IMG/VR virus record: IMGVR_UViG_3300020200_000033
Location: 1-58,902 of that record
Length of the DNA stretch: 58,902 bases
Source of the DNA: a virus
Lineage: Duplodnaviria > Caudoviricetes
Direction: 5' to 3' (one strand)
A model generated the notes under the pieces. It worked only from the letters and a program-made list of their open reading frames with translations. It was not told where the DNA came from and did no database searches. Of the stretch, positions 29,812 through 39,894 are shown one piece after another. Position 1 is the stretch's first letter. Each line of letters starts with the position of its first letter. Made by a program: the position numbers and the translations under genes.

Positions 29812-30135
29812 ATGAATAATAACATCAGTAAAATTGGAGAACTAGCAATAGAAATATTCAGGTTTGACCATACTTATTACTTTTCAGATGACTTTCGTGT
29901 TTGGTCAAGTGGGGAGAATAGCAAAAAGAAATTGATTGATAAGGCCAAAGCTATGAATTTATCTATTCAGGATAAATTGTTTATGATTAGTGTATTTCAA
30001 TCGCTATGGGATGAAAATTATGAGAATGATTTCTCATCAATCAATAATGAGCACATTTATTGGCCATACAAATCAAGTATGTATCAAATTGCTGGAATTA
30101 CAAAAGATATACTTCAATATTCACCAATCCAATAG
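29812..30135 (+). CDS. Hypothetical protein
   Basis: AAGGA RBS; FDHTYYFSDD. Confidence 0.7.
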   Translation: MNNNISKIGELAIEIFRFDHTYYFSDDFRVWSSGENSKKKLIDKAKAMNLSIQDKLFMISVFQSLWDENYENDFSSINNEHIYWPYKSSMYQIAGITKDILQYSPIQ

Positions 30136-30150
30136 AAAGGTAAAACAACA

Positions 30151-30576
30151 ATGGAAAACGAACAAGAACAGGAACAGCAAATGACCGACCAACAAGAAAG
30201 GGATAGCATTATGCAAAATGATGTATCTTCATCTGACGATTTTACTATCGTCAATGAAGAAGATTTGGTTTTTGTTAGGCGAACAAAAAAGCCAGAAGTA
30301 AAACTTTACTTTGATGGTGGTACTTATTTGACTAATTATCCACATCACCGTGATGGTTGGACAAAAGCTGATTGGGATTTTTATGCTTCGCTTGTGCGAA
30401 TGAAAGTCGCAAGGAATACGCGAAAAGACAAACTTACGGTTCTTGATGACATCAAGGAATTCCGTATGATACCAACAAAAGAAGCAAATGAGCTTTGCCA
30501 ATACCTTTATGACACAGATTTGCTTTTTGTTGTTTATGAAGGTGATGAAATCAAAAGGAAAAGCCTTGGAAACTGA
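30151..30576 (+). CDS. Hypothetical protein sharing an N-terminal FxIVNExDLxF motif with cassette proteins
   Basis: DDFTIVNEEDLVFVRR. Confidence 0.7.
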   Translation: MENEQEQEQQMTDQQERDSIMQNDVSSSDDFTIVNEEDLVFVRRTKKPEVKLYFDGGTYLTNYPHHRDGWTKADWDFYASLVRMKVARNTRKDKLTVLDDIKEFRMIPTKEANELCQYLYDTDLLFVVYEGDEIKRKSLGN

Positions 30577-30781
30577 TAACTCATTTTCAGAAAATGTAAA
30601 AAAACAACTTCTGGATGAGCTTGAAAATTTGACGCGATTAATGGATATTCCATTGGTTCGACAAAAAGATCCAAAATGGCTATTGCAAAATGCTGGGATA
30701 AATAATCAAGGTCACAAAAATCTTGATAAAATTATTCGTATTTGTAAATTTATAATCTCAAATGACAAGGGAAATGTATGA
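30545..30781 (+). CDS. Hypothetical protein (start 30545 or 30566)
   Basis: Abutting chain; ATGA overlap downstream. Confidence 0.6.
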   Translation: MKSKGKALETDNSFSENVKKQLLDELENLTRLMDIPLVRQKDPKWLLQNAGINNQGHKNLDKIIRICKFIISNDKGNV

Positions 30782-31149
30782 CACTAGAAATAAATGATGA
30801 AAACGGTTGGTACAAATGCTCATCTTGTGGTGAAGCAGTAAAACCAGTGTTTTGGGGAAAAAATAACGAGTGGAGTGGATTTAGCCTGAAACAAGTTGAT
30901 AGCGGTATGTATTTCAAAATTTATGGTGGTTACGCTGAATTTTTTGATACATTTATTGATAGACCACCACTTGAAGTTTTGCTTTGCCATTCCTGTTCGG
31001 TTAAGGTAATGGAAATAATTGACCCTCAGATTACGCAAAAAGGTGGGCATCCGACAATAAATGAAGATGGCACTAAATGCTGCAAATGGGGTTGGACAAT
31101 AGAAGAGGGAAAAGCTTTAGACGAAGAAAATCTAAGGGAGGAGTGCTAA
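30778..31149 (+). CDS. Cys-rich hypothetical protein
   Basis: CSSC..GGYAEFFD..LCHSC. Confidence 0.7.
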   Translation: MTLEINDENGWYKCSSCGEAVKPVFWGKNNEWSGFSLKQVDSGMYFKIYGGYAEFFDTFIDRPPLEVLLCHSCSVKVMEIIDPQITQKGGHPTINEDGTKCCKWGWTIEEGKALDEENLREEC

Positions 31150-31505
31150 TGTTTAATAAAAAAGAAAACATCAGGAAATATCAATACAAGGGCGTAATTA
31201 TTACCTATTACAGAGTGTATCAAAAATATAGTAAGAATGATGTTTTTGCAAATGCTCCAGATAATTATATCCAAAATTATGAGATATTGCTTATTGACAC
31301 AATGACAGATGAAAAAATTAATATCAAAAGCAATTACTCATATGATATAAAATCAGCAATTGATTACGGCCTACAAAATGGTGGATATAGTGAAATGTGT
31401 AATCTACATTGCCATTCTAAAGTTATTGATCACATTTTGCAAATGAGAATGATTAATAAAATTAATAACAACGCACTAAAAGGCTTTGAGGAATATTGGA
31501 AATGA
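31149..31505 (+). CDS. Hypothetical protein
   Basis: GGAG RBS, TAATG coupling. Confidence 0.65.
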   Translation: MFNKKENIRKYQYKGVIITYYRVYQKYSKNDVFANAPDNYIQNYEILLIDTMTDEKINIKSNYSYDIKSAIDYGLQNGGYSEMCNLHCHSKVIDHILQMRMINKINNNALKGFEEYWK

Positions 31506-31747
31506 TACCAGAAGAGTACGAAAAATATGTAAAAAGAATAGCACGTAATATCAATAACAACCAAACAGAAAAAATCAAATGGAAGGGAAAAGAAATGAGT
31601 AAGAAACATTGGCAGAATTGGCAATACGCAACAACAAAAGAAGTGTTGGCAGTTCACGAAGTAATTGAACCATACGATTGGCAATTGGATATCCAAATGA
31701 ATGAAGACTTTGCCTTATGGCAAAAGGAAATGTGGGGCGATAAGTAA
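31496..31747 (+). CDS. Hypothetical protein
   Basis: GAGG RBS; abutting chain. Confidence 0.6.
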   Translation: MEMIPEEYEKYVKRIARNINNNQTEKIKWKGKEMSKKHWQNWQYATTKEVLAVHEVIEPYDWQLDIQMNEDFALWQKEMWGDK

Positions 31748-31754
31748 TTGTTAG

Positions 31755-31828
31755 GCTGCCATAGCTCAATTGGATAGAGCAATAGACTTCTAATCTGTAG
31801 GTTATAGGTTCAAATCCTATTGGCAGCG
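31755..31828 (+). tRNA. tRNA-Arg (UCU)
   Basis: GCTGCCA/TGGCAGC acceptor, GCTC/GAGC D arm, loop CTTCTAA, T arm ATAGG-TTCAAAT-CCTAT. Confidence 0.93.
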
Positions 31829-31874
31829 CAAAAGATCTCCTATCAATAATGGTAGGGAAAAACAAAGGAAAAAT

Positions 31875-32336
31875 ATGACAAACAAACTAGAGAGTGAAAA
31901 ATTTGAAGTTATTTCCAAAGATATTTTTGGAATGACTAATGAGATGAGAACAGACAAGAAAACCCAACTTGTTGGGATCAAGATGATTGAAGAAACACTT
32001 GTTTGTGAAAAAATCATAGAATACGGTGATATTTACGATATGCTTGGAGGTGCTAGTTCTCACTTAGAAAAGTTTGAGGGTTATGATTTAATTGCCGTTT
32101 TGACTGCTGGTTGGGCTGCGCCTAACGATAATGATGATTATCAGAATTTGCCGCCATCTATTCATCCTGAAAGAAGAAGAGTTAAATTGGCAATGATTGG
32201 ATATACATCTAATCAAACGGCATCCATTATGTCATTTGATGATAGTGACGGGTTGATTTACTCTTGTGGTGACGGTCAGGGTGCGCTTCAAGACGCATTT
32301 AAAGATATGCTTAATGATATTGGATGGGAAGAATAA
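31875..32336 (+). CDS. Hypothetical protein
   Basis: AAGGA RBS; GWAAP..PSIHPERRRV. Confidence 0.72.
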   Translation: MTNKLESEKFEVISKDIFGMTNEMRTDKKTQLVGIKMIEETLVCEKIIEYGDIYDMLGGASSHLEKFEGYDLIAVLTAGWAAPNDNDDYQNLPPSIHPERRRVKLAMIGYTSNQTASIMSFDDSDGLIYSCGDGQGALQDAFKDMLNDIGWEE

Positions 32337-32653
32337 TGGAATATCTTGAGTTAGGGTCAACGCCAACACACGAAGAATGTGCTCAAGTTGGAACTCCGGA
32401 ATTTGCTATTGAAGCACCAAAGGAAATGAAAGCCTATTTAAATCAACTAAAAAGGCAATTTCCTGAAATTGTTAGCAGCAAAACTTTGTCATTTTCAATA
32501 AAATGGTTTCCACACGACTTTGGAACTTATGGTGAAGTTGTAATTTACTATATTCCCGGCAGTGAGGAAGAAGATATTGTTTACAAAGTAGAAAAAGAGT
32601 TGCCCTTGTATTGGGATACAGAAGCAAGATTGGAGTTAGGACTTTTAGTATGA
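32336..32653 (+). CDS. Conserved phage hypothetical protein
   Basis: LELGSTP..EECAQVG..PHDFGTYGEV. Confidence 0.72.
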   Translation: MEYLELGSTPTHEECAQVGTPEFAIEAPKEMKAYLNQLKRQFPEIVSSKTLSFSIKWFPHDFGTYGEVVIYYIPGSEEEDIVYKVEKELPLYWDTEARLELGLLV

Positions 32654-33342
32654 CATTTTCTTATTCAGACAATCTAATTAGATGTGCTTCTGATGGCTTA
32701 CAAAAACCTTCTGACTTTGGTTATTGGGGGCCAAAAGATATGTTTAAAACTTGGGGTTTTTGTGGAATAGACAAAAATCGTGGTTCAAGTATTTTAGATA
32801 TTAGCAACTTTGATTATATCTCTAAAGAACTAATGGAAGAATTTCCAGATGACTTTAGAATTGAAAACTATAATCATTGGGCTGTCGGAAGCGAAACAAG
32901 ATTAGTTTGTCGGATACTTCATCGTAAAGGTATAGTTGAAGATAAAAATATAACTGATGCCTTCCGAAAAGCTATGAAATGGCTTGACGATTTGGCAGAC
33001 TATTTGATTGCTGATGAGAGTGACTATTTTGACAAACAACATCTAAGAAGAATTCAAGATTTACCTTATCTAGATGTTGTCAAAATGATCAATCAAACAG
33101 ACACGAATTGGGCTGCTGATATTATCTATCAAATGGAAACAAATGGTGATTATTGGGATGCCGAAACTGAAAGCCCTGATGATAATCAACTACTTATGGC
33201 AGCTTATGAATTAAGGTTATGGAATGCTGAATATCATCAAGAATGGTTTGATTGGGCTGATAAGAATAAAGTTCCAAGACCACCTTTTGATTTAGAAAGC
33301 ACTTCATATTGGAATAAAAATCAAGAAAGGTTATTTAATTAA
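32650..33342 (+). CDS. Hypothetical protein
   Basis: NHWAVG motif; ATGA coupling. Confidence 0.72.
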   Translation: MTFSYSDNLIRCASDGLQKPSDFGYWGPKDMFKTWGFCGIDKNRGSSILDISNFDYISKELMEEFPDDFRIENYNHWAVGSETRLVCRILHRKGIVEDKNITDAFRKAMKWLDDLADYLIADESDYFDKQHLRRIQDLPYLDVVKMINQTDTNWAADIIYQMETNGDYWDAETESPDDNQLLMAAYELRLWNAEYHQEWFDWADKNKVPRPPFDLESTSYWNKNQERLFN

Positions 33343-33695
33343 TGACACACGTAAGAAATTTTAATAATGAAATAGAAAAAAAATATGATTCAATTATCAT
33401 TGAGAAAGCAAGATATCAATATTCTAAAACCAATGATAGTGGCAAAATGACTGTCTATTTTAGGTCAGGCTTAGTTTATGAATTTATCAATGTAAAGAAA
33501 CCCTTTGCTGAGGCTTTTCTGAACTCATCAAGTCGTGAAATAGGCACTGCTTTTAATAAATATCTCAATGCTCATTTTGTCGTTGATAAAATTAGAAAGA
33601 CAAAGAAATTCAATTTAACGATGGAAAAAGCAAGAAAAATAGATCAACAAAGAAAAGAAGAGAAAGCGAGAAAAAAATATGCCAAATTGGTGTGA
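33342..33695 (+). CDS. KTSC-domain protein
   Basis: MTVYFRSGLVYEFINV..FLNSSS..GTAFNKY. Confidence 0.7.
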   Translation: MTHVRNFNNEIEKKYDSIIIEKARYQYSKTNDSGKMTVYFRSGLVYEFINVKKPFAEAFLNSSSREIGTAFNKYLNAHFVVDKIRKTKKFNLTMEKARKIDQQRKEEKARKKYAKLV

Positions 33696-34203
33696 AAATA
33701 CATTAAGGATACGTGGAAAGAAAGAAGACCTTGAAGCTTTTAAGCAAAAACTTCAAGATTCTAAAGAGAATGACAGGGAGATTTGTATTTTTAATACTTT
33801 CCGGCCAATGCCAAAAGAATTAAGAAATGACAAATCTCCTCAGGACGATGAAGCATTAGCAAACGAAAGGATTGCTAAATATGGTGCTTCTGATTGGTAT
33901 AATTGGGCAAATATTGTTTGGGGAACTAAGTGGGGTTGTTGTGATGTTCAATGGCGTAATGAAACGCCAATAGGAACAAATTACGATGATCTTTATGATC
34001 TTGAAATATATTATCAAACTGCTTGGGCTCCGGGTGATGATTGTCTTGAAGAAATCTTTCAAAAATTAAACAATCTATCATTCTTTCTTACATATGAAGA
34101 ACCAGGAATAGGCTTTGCAGGTTCTTTATTTGTAAGAAATGGCAAAACAGAATATAAAGAAACAAGAGAATATATCGCAGACAACATAGAAAGTCTATGG
34201 TGA
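33679..34203 (+). CDS. DUF1281/YubB-like (ferredoxin-fold) protein
   Basis: MPNWCEN..WYNW..WGTKW..TAWAP..YEEPG. Confidence 0.8.
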   Translation: MPNWCENTLRIRGKKEDLEAFKQKLQDSKENDREICIFNTFRPMPKELRNDKSPQDDEALANERIAKYGASDWYNWANIVWGTKWGCCDVQWRNETPIGTNYDDLYDLEIYYQTAWAPGDDCLEEIFQKLNNLSFFLTYEEPGIGFAGSLFVRNGKTEYKETREYIADNIESLW

Positions 34204-34207
34204 AAAA

Positions 34208-34708
34208 ATGGGATTAGATAACATTCCACACAAATATCCTTGTCACGCACAAGGTATTGCTTCTTTCTCAGAAGATGGAAGAATTGATTGTGATCAAACT
34301 ATAGCGAATGGCAATTGTCCTTGGAAAAATGAATTTGAAAAAGCAGTTCTGCTAAAAGAAGCACGTCCAACTTATGGAATGCTTGGAGCTGCTTGTTGGT
34401 ATAGAGGAAAATATGGCAATTTTCTTTTAGGTTTGCTTGAAGGCAATCCTGATGCTTACGCTGATACAAAATATTCATTCTATGGCGAAGGTATTGATGA
34501 AAATACTGAGGGTATGAGTAAAGATTATTGTTTAGATATGCATAACTATATGACAGAACATACCGAAGAATTTGCTCATCAAGCAAAAGAGTACTGTGAA
34601 AAAGAAGATGGGGGTGATGAAAAACAGATGATTAATGATTGGCTATACGCAACTTGGTGGTTAAAATTTGCTGCTGAGTATTGTGAAGGTTCATCCATTT
34701 GGTACTAA
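34208..34708 (+). CDS. Hypothetical protein
   Basis: MGLDN..YRGKY; abutting chain. Confidence 0.72.
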   Translation: MGLDNIPHKYPCHAQGIASFSEDGRIDCDQTIANGNCPWKNEFEKAVLLKEARPTYGMLGAACWYRGKYGNFLLGLLEGNPDAYADTKYSFYGEGIDENTEGMSKDYCLDMHNYMTEHTEEFAHQAKEYCEKEDGGDEKQMINDWLYATWWLKFAAEYCEGSSIWY

Positions 34709-34726
34709 CTTGTAGAAAAGAGGAAA

Positions 34727-35122
34727 ATGTTTAATCCCTACGATTTTAGCAATATTAATAAAAATGAGCCTGACGCAGTACCAGATGGTATAGTTGACGC
34801 TTCTGATTATCACGAATTGTTGAAACAAGTTACAGCATTCATAGAACAAACTGATTATGACGACTCTAATAGTCGTATGGTCGCTATGATGAATATTATT
34901 AACTTGTATCACGATGATGAAGATACAGTAGATGAAGATAAATTATACGGTGTAGTTATTGCGATTCTGTATCACATTCAATCAATTTTGTCTGGTACAG
35001 ATGAAGAAACAAGGCAAGAGTATTTCAGAATAACGAATGAAGAAATAATCCCGCAATTTGAAGAAGAATCTAAAATGCTACCATTCTATGAATCAGACTT
35101 TGGAAAGGATAGTGATGAGTGA
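34727..35122 (+). CDS. Acidic hypothetical protein
   Basis: AGAGG RBS. Confidence 0.7.
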   Translation: MFNPYDFSNINKNEPDAVPDGIVDASDYHELLKQVTAFIEQTDYDDSNSRMVAMMNIINLYHDDEDTVDEDKLYGVVIAILYHIQSILSGTDEETRQEYFRITNEEIIPQFEEESKMLPFYESDFGKDSDE

Positions 35123-35450
35123 TAACTATCAAATGGATGAAGTAAATATGGGTGAGAGTTGGAGAAGTAAAGCCTATTGTCTAAAATCGGCTACTCAGAT
35201 TGATTTTTACTCTGATGATAAGCACACAATTAAGTTGGCAAAAAGTATGTGTCATCATTGCGTTGTTGCTCACGAATGCCTAGTTTTTGCTGTAAGCAAT
35301 CAGGAAAAGTTTGGTGTTTGGGGTGGCTTTACGCCACGTGAAAGAGGTAAAATTACAAGATCAATTATTAATTTAACAAAGGAGGAAGCCAAGGAATTGG
35401 TGATTAAATATGGAAACGAAGTATTGTCTCAAAGTAACCAAAGAAACTGA
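35115..35450 (+). CDS. whiB: WhiB-family transcription factor
   Basis: WRSKAYC..AKSMCHHCVVAHECL..FGVWGGFTPRER. Confidence 0.9.
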   Translation: MSDNYQMDEVNMGESWRSKAYCLKSATQIDFYSDDKHTIKLAKSMCHHCVVAHECLVFAVSNQEKFGVWGGFTPRERGKITRSIINLTKEEAKELVIKYGNEVLSQSNQRN

Positions 35451-35580
35451 AATATATGCCAAAACATATGATGAGGCTCTTTCTATTGCTGATATGATGA
35501 TGGCAAGAGAAATGAATGACACTTTGTTTGGCAGTTTAGTAGTAGTAAGTAGTGATGTAATAGCAATATCCAACCAATAG
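35410..35580 (+). CDS. Small hypothetical protein (56 aa, not in ORF track)
   Basis: METKYCLKVTKETEIYAKTYDEA..; fills the gap. Confidence 0.5.
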   Translation: METKYCLKVTKETEIYAKTYDEALSIADMMMAREMNDTLFGSLVVVSSDVIAISNQ

Positions 35581-35589
35581 GAGGCAAAT

Positions 35590-36555
35590 ATGCCAAGGAA
35601 AAAGAATACCGTACAAACCAAAGAAAAGGAGAAGGCCGTGCTAAAACAAAACACTGCTGAAACAGTAACACAAAAAGAAGTCAAGAAAGTTGTAAATGTA
35701 GCAATTGCTACAAAATACGAATCTCTTGGCGCAAACTTTAATGAAGGACATATTTCAAAGATGTCGTCATTGGTCAAAGTCAGTGAAATGTTCGTTGATT
35801 ATACATATCAACGGAAGCCACTAAAAGCAAAGATCAATAGGATTGTAAAGAATTTCAATCCAGATTTGCTTGGCGTTATCACAGTCTCAATGCGTGATGA
35901 TAACACATTGGCAATCATTGACGGTAGCCATCGCTATCACGCTTTGAATGAGATGAATATGAAAGATGCAAATGTAAATGCGCTTGTGTATTTCGGTTTG
36001 ACTCTCCAAGATGAAGCGCAAATCTTTGCTCTTACCAATAAGGAACACACAAAGCCAACGCCTTCGCAAATCTTTAAGGCAGGCATTGTGTCTGGAGACC
36101 CAATTGCTGTTGGTATTGCAAATGTTGTAGCAAAAGTTGGTGCTTCATTTGAAGAAGGCCCCGGTATTAACAAAATCAGATGTGTTGCTACTGTTCGTAG
36201 AGTTTACACAAATGCTGGCGCTTCAGTTTTGGCTAAGACTTTGGAAACACTCAAAACTGCATATCCAAATAACACTGAAATGTACCGTGACCAAATGGTT
36301 TCGGCTCTTGGTTGCATTTATCATCGTTATGGTAAGAAAGTTGACCCAAAGCGTATGAGTGAAGTATTAGCCAAGATTGGCAATCCTTCATTGGTTATTG
36401 CTCAGGCTCAAGCTATGATTAGCAGTGGTCAAACAGTTACATTTACATCTTTGCCATTTCTTATTGTCAGCAGATACAACGTGAAATTGACGACAAATCG
36501 CCTTCCTGATTTCCCAATGAATCTGTTGCCACAACAGGTTTGGGCAAAAGCCTAA
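35590..36555 (+). CDS. ParB/Srx N-terminal domain protein (DUF6551-like)
   Basis: VDYTYQR..FNPDLLGVITVS.R..IIDGSHR..EAQIF..N; GGAGG RBS. Confidence 0.8.
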   Translation: MPRKKNTVQTKEKEKAVLKQNTAETVTQKEVKKVVNVAIATKYESLGANFNEGHISKMSSLVKVSEMFVDYTYQRKPLKAKINRIVKNFNPDLLGVITVSMRDDNTLAIIDGSHRYHALNEMNMKDANVNALVYFGLTLQDEAQIFALTNKEHTKPTPSQIFKAGIVSGDPIAVGIANVVAKVGASFEEGPGINKIRCVATVRRVYTNAGASVLAKTLETLKTAYPNNTEMYRDQMVSALGCIYHRYGKKVDPKRMSEVLAKIGNPSLVIAQAQAMISSGQTVTFTSLPFLIVSRYNVKLTTNRLPDFPMNLLPQQVWAKA

Positions 36556-36759
36556 ATGGCATCAAAGAAAGTACATAGCGTTTCGTTCAGTAGAAAGTAT
36601 TACTTTGCGCGTGGATATCACGACAGAATGAATAAAGTAGACAATCCACCTTCTGCTGAACTAAACGACTATTACTTAGATACTCTTAATATAAATATTA
36701 TTGAAGAATATATTAAGGGTAGAGAAATAGCTGAGCGAGATTTGGTCAACGGAATATAG
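36556..36759 (+). CDS. Hypothetical protein
   Basis: YYFARGYHDR; abutting. Confidence 0.6.
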   Translation: MASKKVHSVSFSRKYYFARGYHDRMNKVDNPPSAELNDYYLDTLNINIIEEYIKGREIAERDLVNGI

Positions 36760-36769
36760 GAGAAAATAT

Positions 36770-37237
36770 ATGACAGATAAAATAAGGTGTAAGGACAGAA
36801 TTGCTGGAGAATACAAATCCAGGAATGAGTCAATCAATAAAATGATTATGGCTACAAATGGTCAATTTGATGAACAGGTTATCGATGAGCGTGATCGTTT
36901 TGTTGAGGAATACACAAAGACATACAATGAAGAACCTGCTGAAGAAGCGGTTGATCAATTTGTTGAAGAGTATTACAAAAATAGTGAGTACAATGAATCA
37001 AGTTTATATGAGTTCCCATTGGGTCATTCCAAACAAACAGTTATCAGAATTGAATTGAGTACGGGTGGCCCTGCTGATTTTATTGAAGTTTATCTTGATG
37101 AAGATGGATTTATCAATAGAGCGGTTTATCATTTCCAAGATTGGTTTGATGGTGCTCAAATGGAAGTAAAAGATGACGATCCAATGATGGAATTTTGTCA
37201 GATGTATTGTGAATCTATCGGTGAAATATACCGCTAA
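36770..37237 (+). CDS. Conserved phage hypothetical protein
   Basis: IELSTGGPAD..YHFQDWFDGA; AGGAG RBS. Confidence 0.75.
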   Translation: MTDKIRCKDRIAGEYKSRNESINKMIMATNGQFDEQVIDERDRFVEEYTKTYNEEPAEEAVDQFVEEYYKNSEYNESSLYEFPLGHSKQTVIRIELSTGGPADFIEVYLDEDGFINRAVYHFQDWFDGAQMEVKDDDPMMEFCQMYCESIGEIYR

Positions 37238-37246
37238 GGAGAAAAT

Positions 37247-38119
37247 ATGGAATACCTAGAAAGAACAGAAACGGCAGGAAATACAGTAAACCCAAGCAAA
37301 CAGGAGACAAAAATGACACCAGAAGTACAAAGTAATCAGGTTGAAATCAAAATCAATCTTTCGCTAGATCAAGTAATTGAAGGACTTAAACAATCTGGAA
37401 CGCTTACAAATTTTGTTGTAAGCTCAGATGACTTTCGAGAAAAAGTTGATGAAATTGCTGGCACAGCGGCTGAAACAACTTTTGAAGAGAAAGCTGATGA
37501 TTGGATTAATGACTACATTTCAAGCAATGCTTACGAAATTGTTGATACACTAGAAACCAATATTGAAACAGTCATTGAGCGCAATATTGATATTAGTGAA
37601 ATTGCTAGTGAAGTTAAAGATGATATTGATGTAGACAGTCAAATTAACGAATGGATAGATACACAACTCCACAATTTTATTGCTGGTGGCACTTGCAATA
37701 CTGCTAAAGAAGCAGCTAGGGTTGTGATTGATGTAATTCGTTACGACTTGGCTATGCATTTGCGTGAAAAGCAAGGTGGTGCTGGAAGCACTTATGAACA
37801 TACCATTACTAATTCATTGAGACAATTCGTTGATGAGAGAATTGAAGTTCGTATCAACGAAGAGAAAGAAAAATATCTCAAGAATAAAGATGGTTATATG
37901 CAAGAAACTGTTGATAAATTGAATCAGCAAACAGTTACAGCTGAACTACACAATGAGCCATCAATTACTTCAGGATATCTTTCTGAACTATACAATGAGC
38001 CATCAATTACTGTTGAGCAATTCAAACAGTTTATTAATGGCTTGGATTTGTTCCAAGTTACTAAGGAAAGAATTATTGAAGAATTCAATAAGGTAACTAT
38101 TAACTTTACTAATAAATAA
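37247..38119 (+). CDS. Acidic helical hypothetical protein
   Basis: AGGAG RBS; contains a 42-bp-period duplication. Confidence 0.72.
   Translation: MEYLERTETAGNTVNPSKQETKMTPEVQSNQVEIKINLSLDQVIEGLKQSGTLTNFVVSSDDFREKVDEIAGTAAETTFEEKADDWINDYISSNAYEIVDTLETNIETVIERNIDISEIASEVKDDIDVDSQINEWIDTQLHNFIAGGTCNTAKEAARVVIDVIRYDLAMHLREKQGGAGSTYEHTITNSLRQFVDERIEVRINEEKEKYLKNKDGYMQETVDKLNQQTVTAELHNEPSITSGYLSELYNEPSITVEQFKQFINGLDLFQVTKERIIEEFNKVTINFTNK
37941..38011 (+). repeat. In-frame duplication, 42-bp period
   Basis: CTGAACTAYACAATGAGCCATCAATTACT twice (ELHNEPSIT/ELYNEPSIT). Confidence 0.85.
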
Positions 38120-38132
38120 CAGAAAGGTAATT

Positions 38133-39755
38133 ATGAAATACATCAGGATATCGAATAAGTCAGCCGGGGTTAATAGACTGCATTTGGAAAAACTTGGTCT
38201 TTCAACCAAAAGGTCAGACCCAGATACAATTGGTCAATTTGGCTCAGGTATTAAATATGCCCCAATCTCAGCATTGAGAATGAATATTGATTTTGTATTT
38301 GTTGGCTTTGACGACAAGGGTGATTATCAACTTAGATATAGATCAAGAGAAGAAGATGGAATTCAATGCGTTGTGTATGATTATGACACATATGTAAAAG
38401 AATCTTCTTTTACTATTGATGCTGGTACTTTGAGTTGGGATAGCGAATGGCAAATTTATCGTGAAGTTATCTCTAATGCCAAAGATAACGGTGAATGGCG
38501 CAAAGAACTTGTTGACGGAATTAAACAAGTTCCTTATGAATTTGCTGTATATATTCGTGCAACACCGAATATGTTTAAAATTTATAATGATCATGAAATA
38601 TATTTCTCTGAGAACAGAGAAGTCATTTATGACTGTGAATATAACGGGGTATCATTTCTTAAAAAGTATGATATGACTGAACGAATCTATCACAAGACAG
38701 TGTTGGTTCACAAATATAATGACAATGACAGAATTAGTTTGTTTGACTATTGCCTTAAAAATGCAGAAATGAATGAAGAGCGCGCTCTGAAATATCCTAA
38801 TACTGAGCGTGTCAAGATTTCAAAAGCTATTGCCCAGTGTCAAGATAAGGATCTAATTAAAAATTATTTGTTGGATAAGGTCATTAATTATAATCTAATT
38901 GAATTTACAGAGATTAGTGAAATTCATTGGGCATACACTTCGCCATCTAAATTGTGGAAAGAATGTTTTCACGAAGTTAATGGGAAAAATGCAGTAATCG
39001 TTTCACCACAGCAAGCACTAATTGCTGGCTTTATTTCTTTGGTAAAGACTGCTGGCAAAAGACCAATTGTTGTTACGACAAATGCTGCTTTTATATTTCT
39101 AACAATAGGTTGTGCTATTGACAAAGGTGAAGATTGTATCTCCGAAAGCGCTAAGTTCGATATCGAAGAAGATGTTGATCAATATCCAAAACTTGTTGAA
39201 GCAATGAAGATTGCATCATTTTTTGAACCGGGACTAGGTGAAATGCTGAATCCACTTGCTGTGTTTAAACCAAATGAAGAAGTATCTATTGAGGGCATTA
39301 CAATTAATATGTCAAGCAAGGAAGAAAGAAAAATTTTGATTTCTAAAGACTTGGCAGAGAACGGTACAATCAAAGCAATATTGGCAACAATAATTCATGA
39401 ATATGACCACTATTCAAGTGGTATTACTGATAGTATGTTCCGTGAGTTCCGCAATTTGGCAGACAAAAGATTAAGTCATCTTATGTTACAACTTTACAAG
39501 GAGACTCCGATTTCTCTCCATAAAGGTGAAATTAAAATTAAAACAATAGATTTGCCTTTGTATGGAACTCTGGATTATGTCATAGAATACCTACCAAATT
39601 TCGGTTGGCATTTAGTTCGTATTGGCAAGTTACTATTTAGGTTGGATTCAAACCACATTATTGATTCAAAATCAGGCGTATGTTCTGTTGATGAATCAGG
39701 TGAACATTTTATCATCAAAGTTCCACGAGATTCACAAATTAAAAGGGTGGGCTAA
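38133..39755 (+). CDS. GHKL-type ATPase (permuted motif order) fused to an HExxH zincin-like domain
   Basis: LGLSTK..IGQFGSGIK precedes REVISNAKD; TIIHEYDH near the C-terminus. Confidence 0.75.
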   Translation: MKYIRISNKSAGVNRLHLEKLGLSTKRSDPDTIGQFGSGIKYAPISALRMNIDFVFVGFDDKGDYQLRYRSREEDGIQCVVYDYDTYVKESSFTIDAGTLSWDSEWQIYREVISNAKDNGEWRKELVDGIKQVPYEFAVYIRATPNMFKIYNDHEIYFSENREVIYDCEYNGVSFLKKYDMTERIYHKTVLVHKYNDNDRISLFDYCLKNAEMNEERALKYPNTERVKISKAIAQCQDKDLIKNYLLDKVINYNLIEFTEISEIHWAYTSPSKLWKECFHEVNGKNAVIVSPQQALIAGFISLVKTAGKRPIVVTTNAAFIFLTIGCAIDKGEDCISESAKFDIEEDVDQYPKLVEAMKIASFFEPGLGEMLNPLAVFKPNEEVSIEGITINMSSKEERKILISKDLAENGTIKAILATIIHEYDHYSSGITDSMFREFRNLADKRLSHLMLQLYKETPISLHKGEIKIKTIDLPLYGTLDYVIEYLPNFGWHLVRIGKLLFRLDSNHIIDSKSGVCSVDESGEHFIIKVPRDSQIKRVG

Positions 39756-39893
39756 GTGTCAAAGTTTACATTTTTCTTGTGGTGTTGTTGGGGAATATTT
39801 TTGCTTTCAATTGGTTCAGTATTATTGATTCCAGTAGCAATACTTATTTTGCCTCTTGCTATCATAGTAGTAATAGCGTACATTTTGGCTTGA
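39756..39893 (+). CDS. Small membrane protein (45 aa, not in ORF track)
   Basis: GTG after AGGGTGG; almost entirely hydrophobic; fills the gap exactly. Confidence 0.55.
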   Translation: MSKFTFFLWCCWGIFLLSIGSVLLIPVAILILPLAIIVVIAYILA

Positions 39894-39894
39894 T

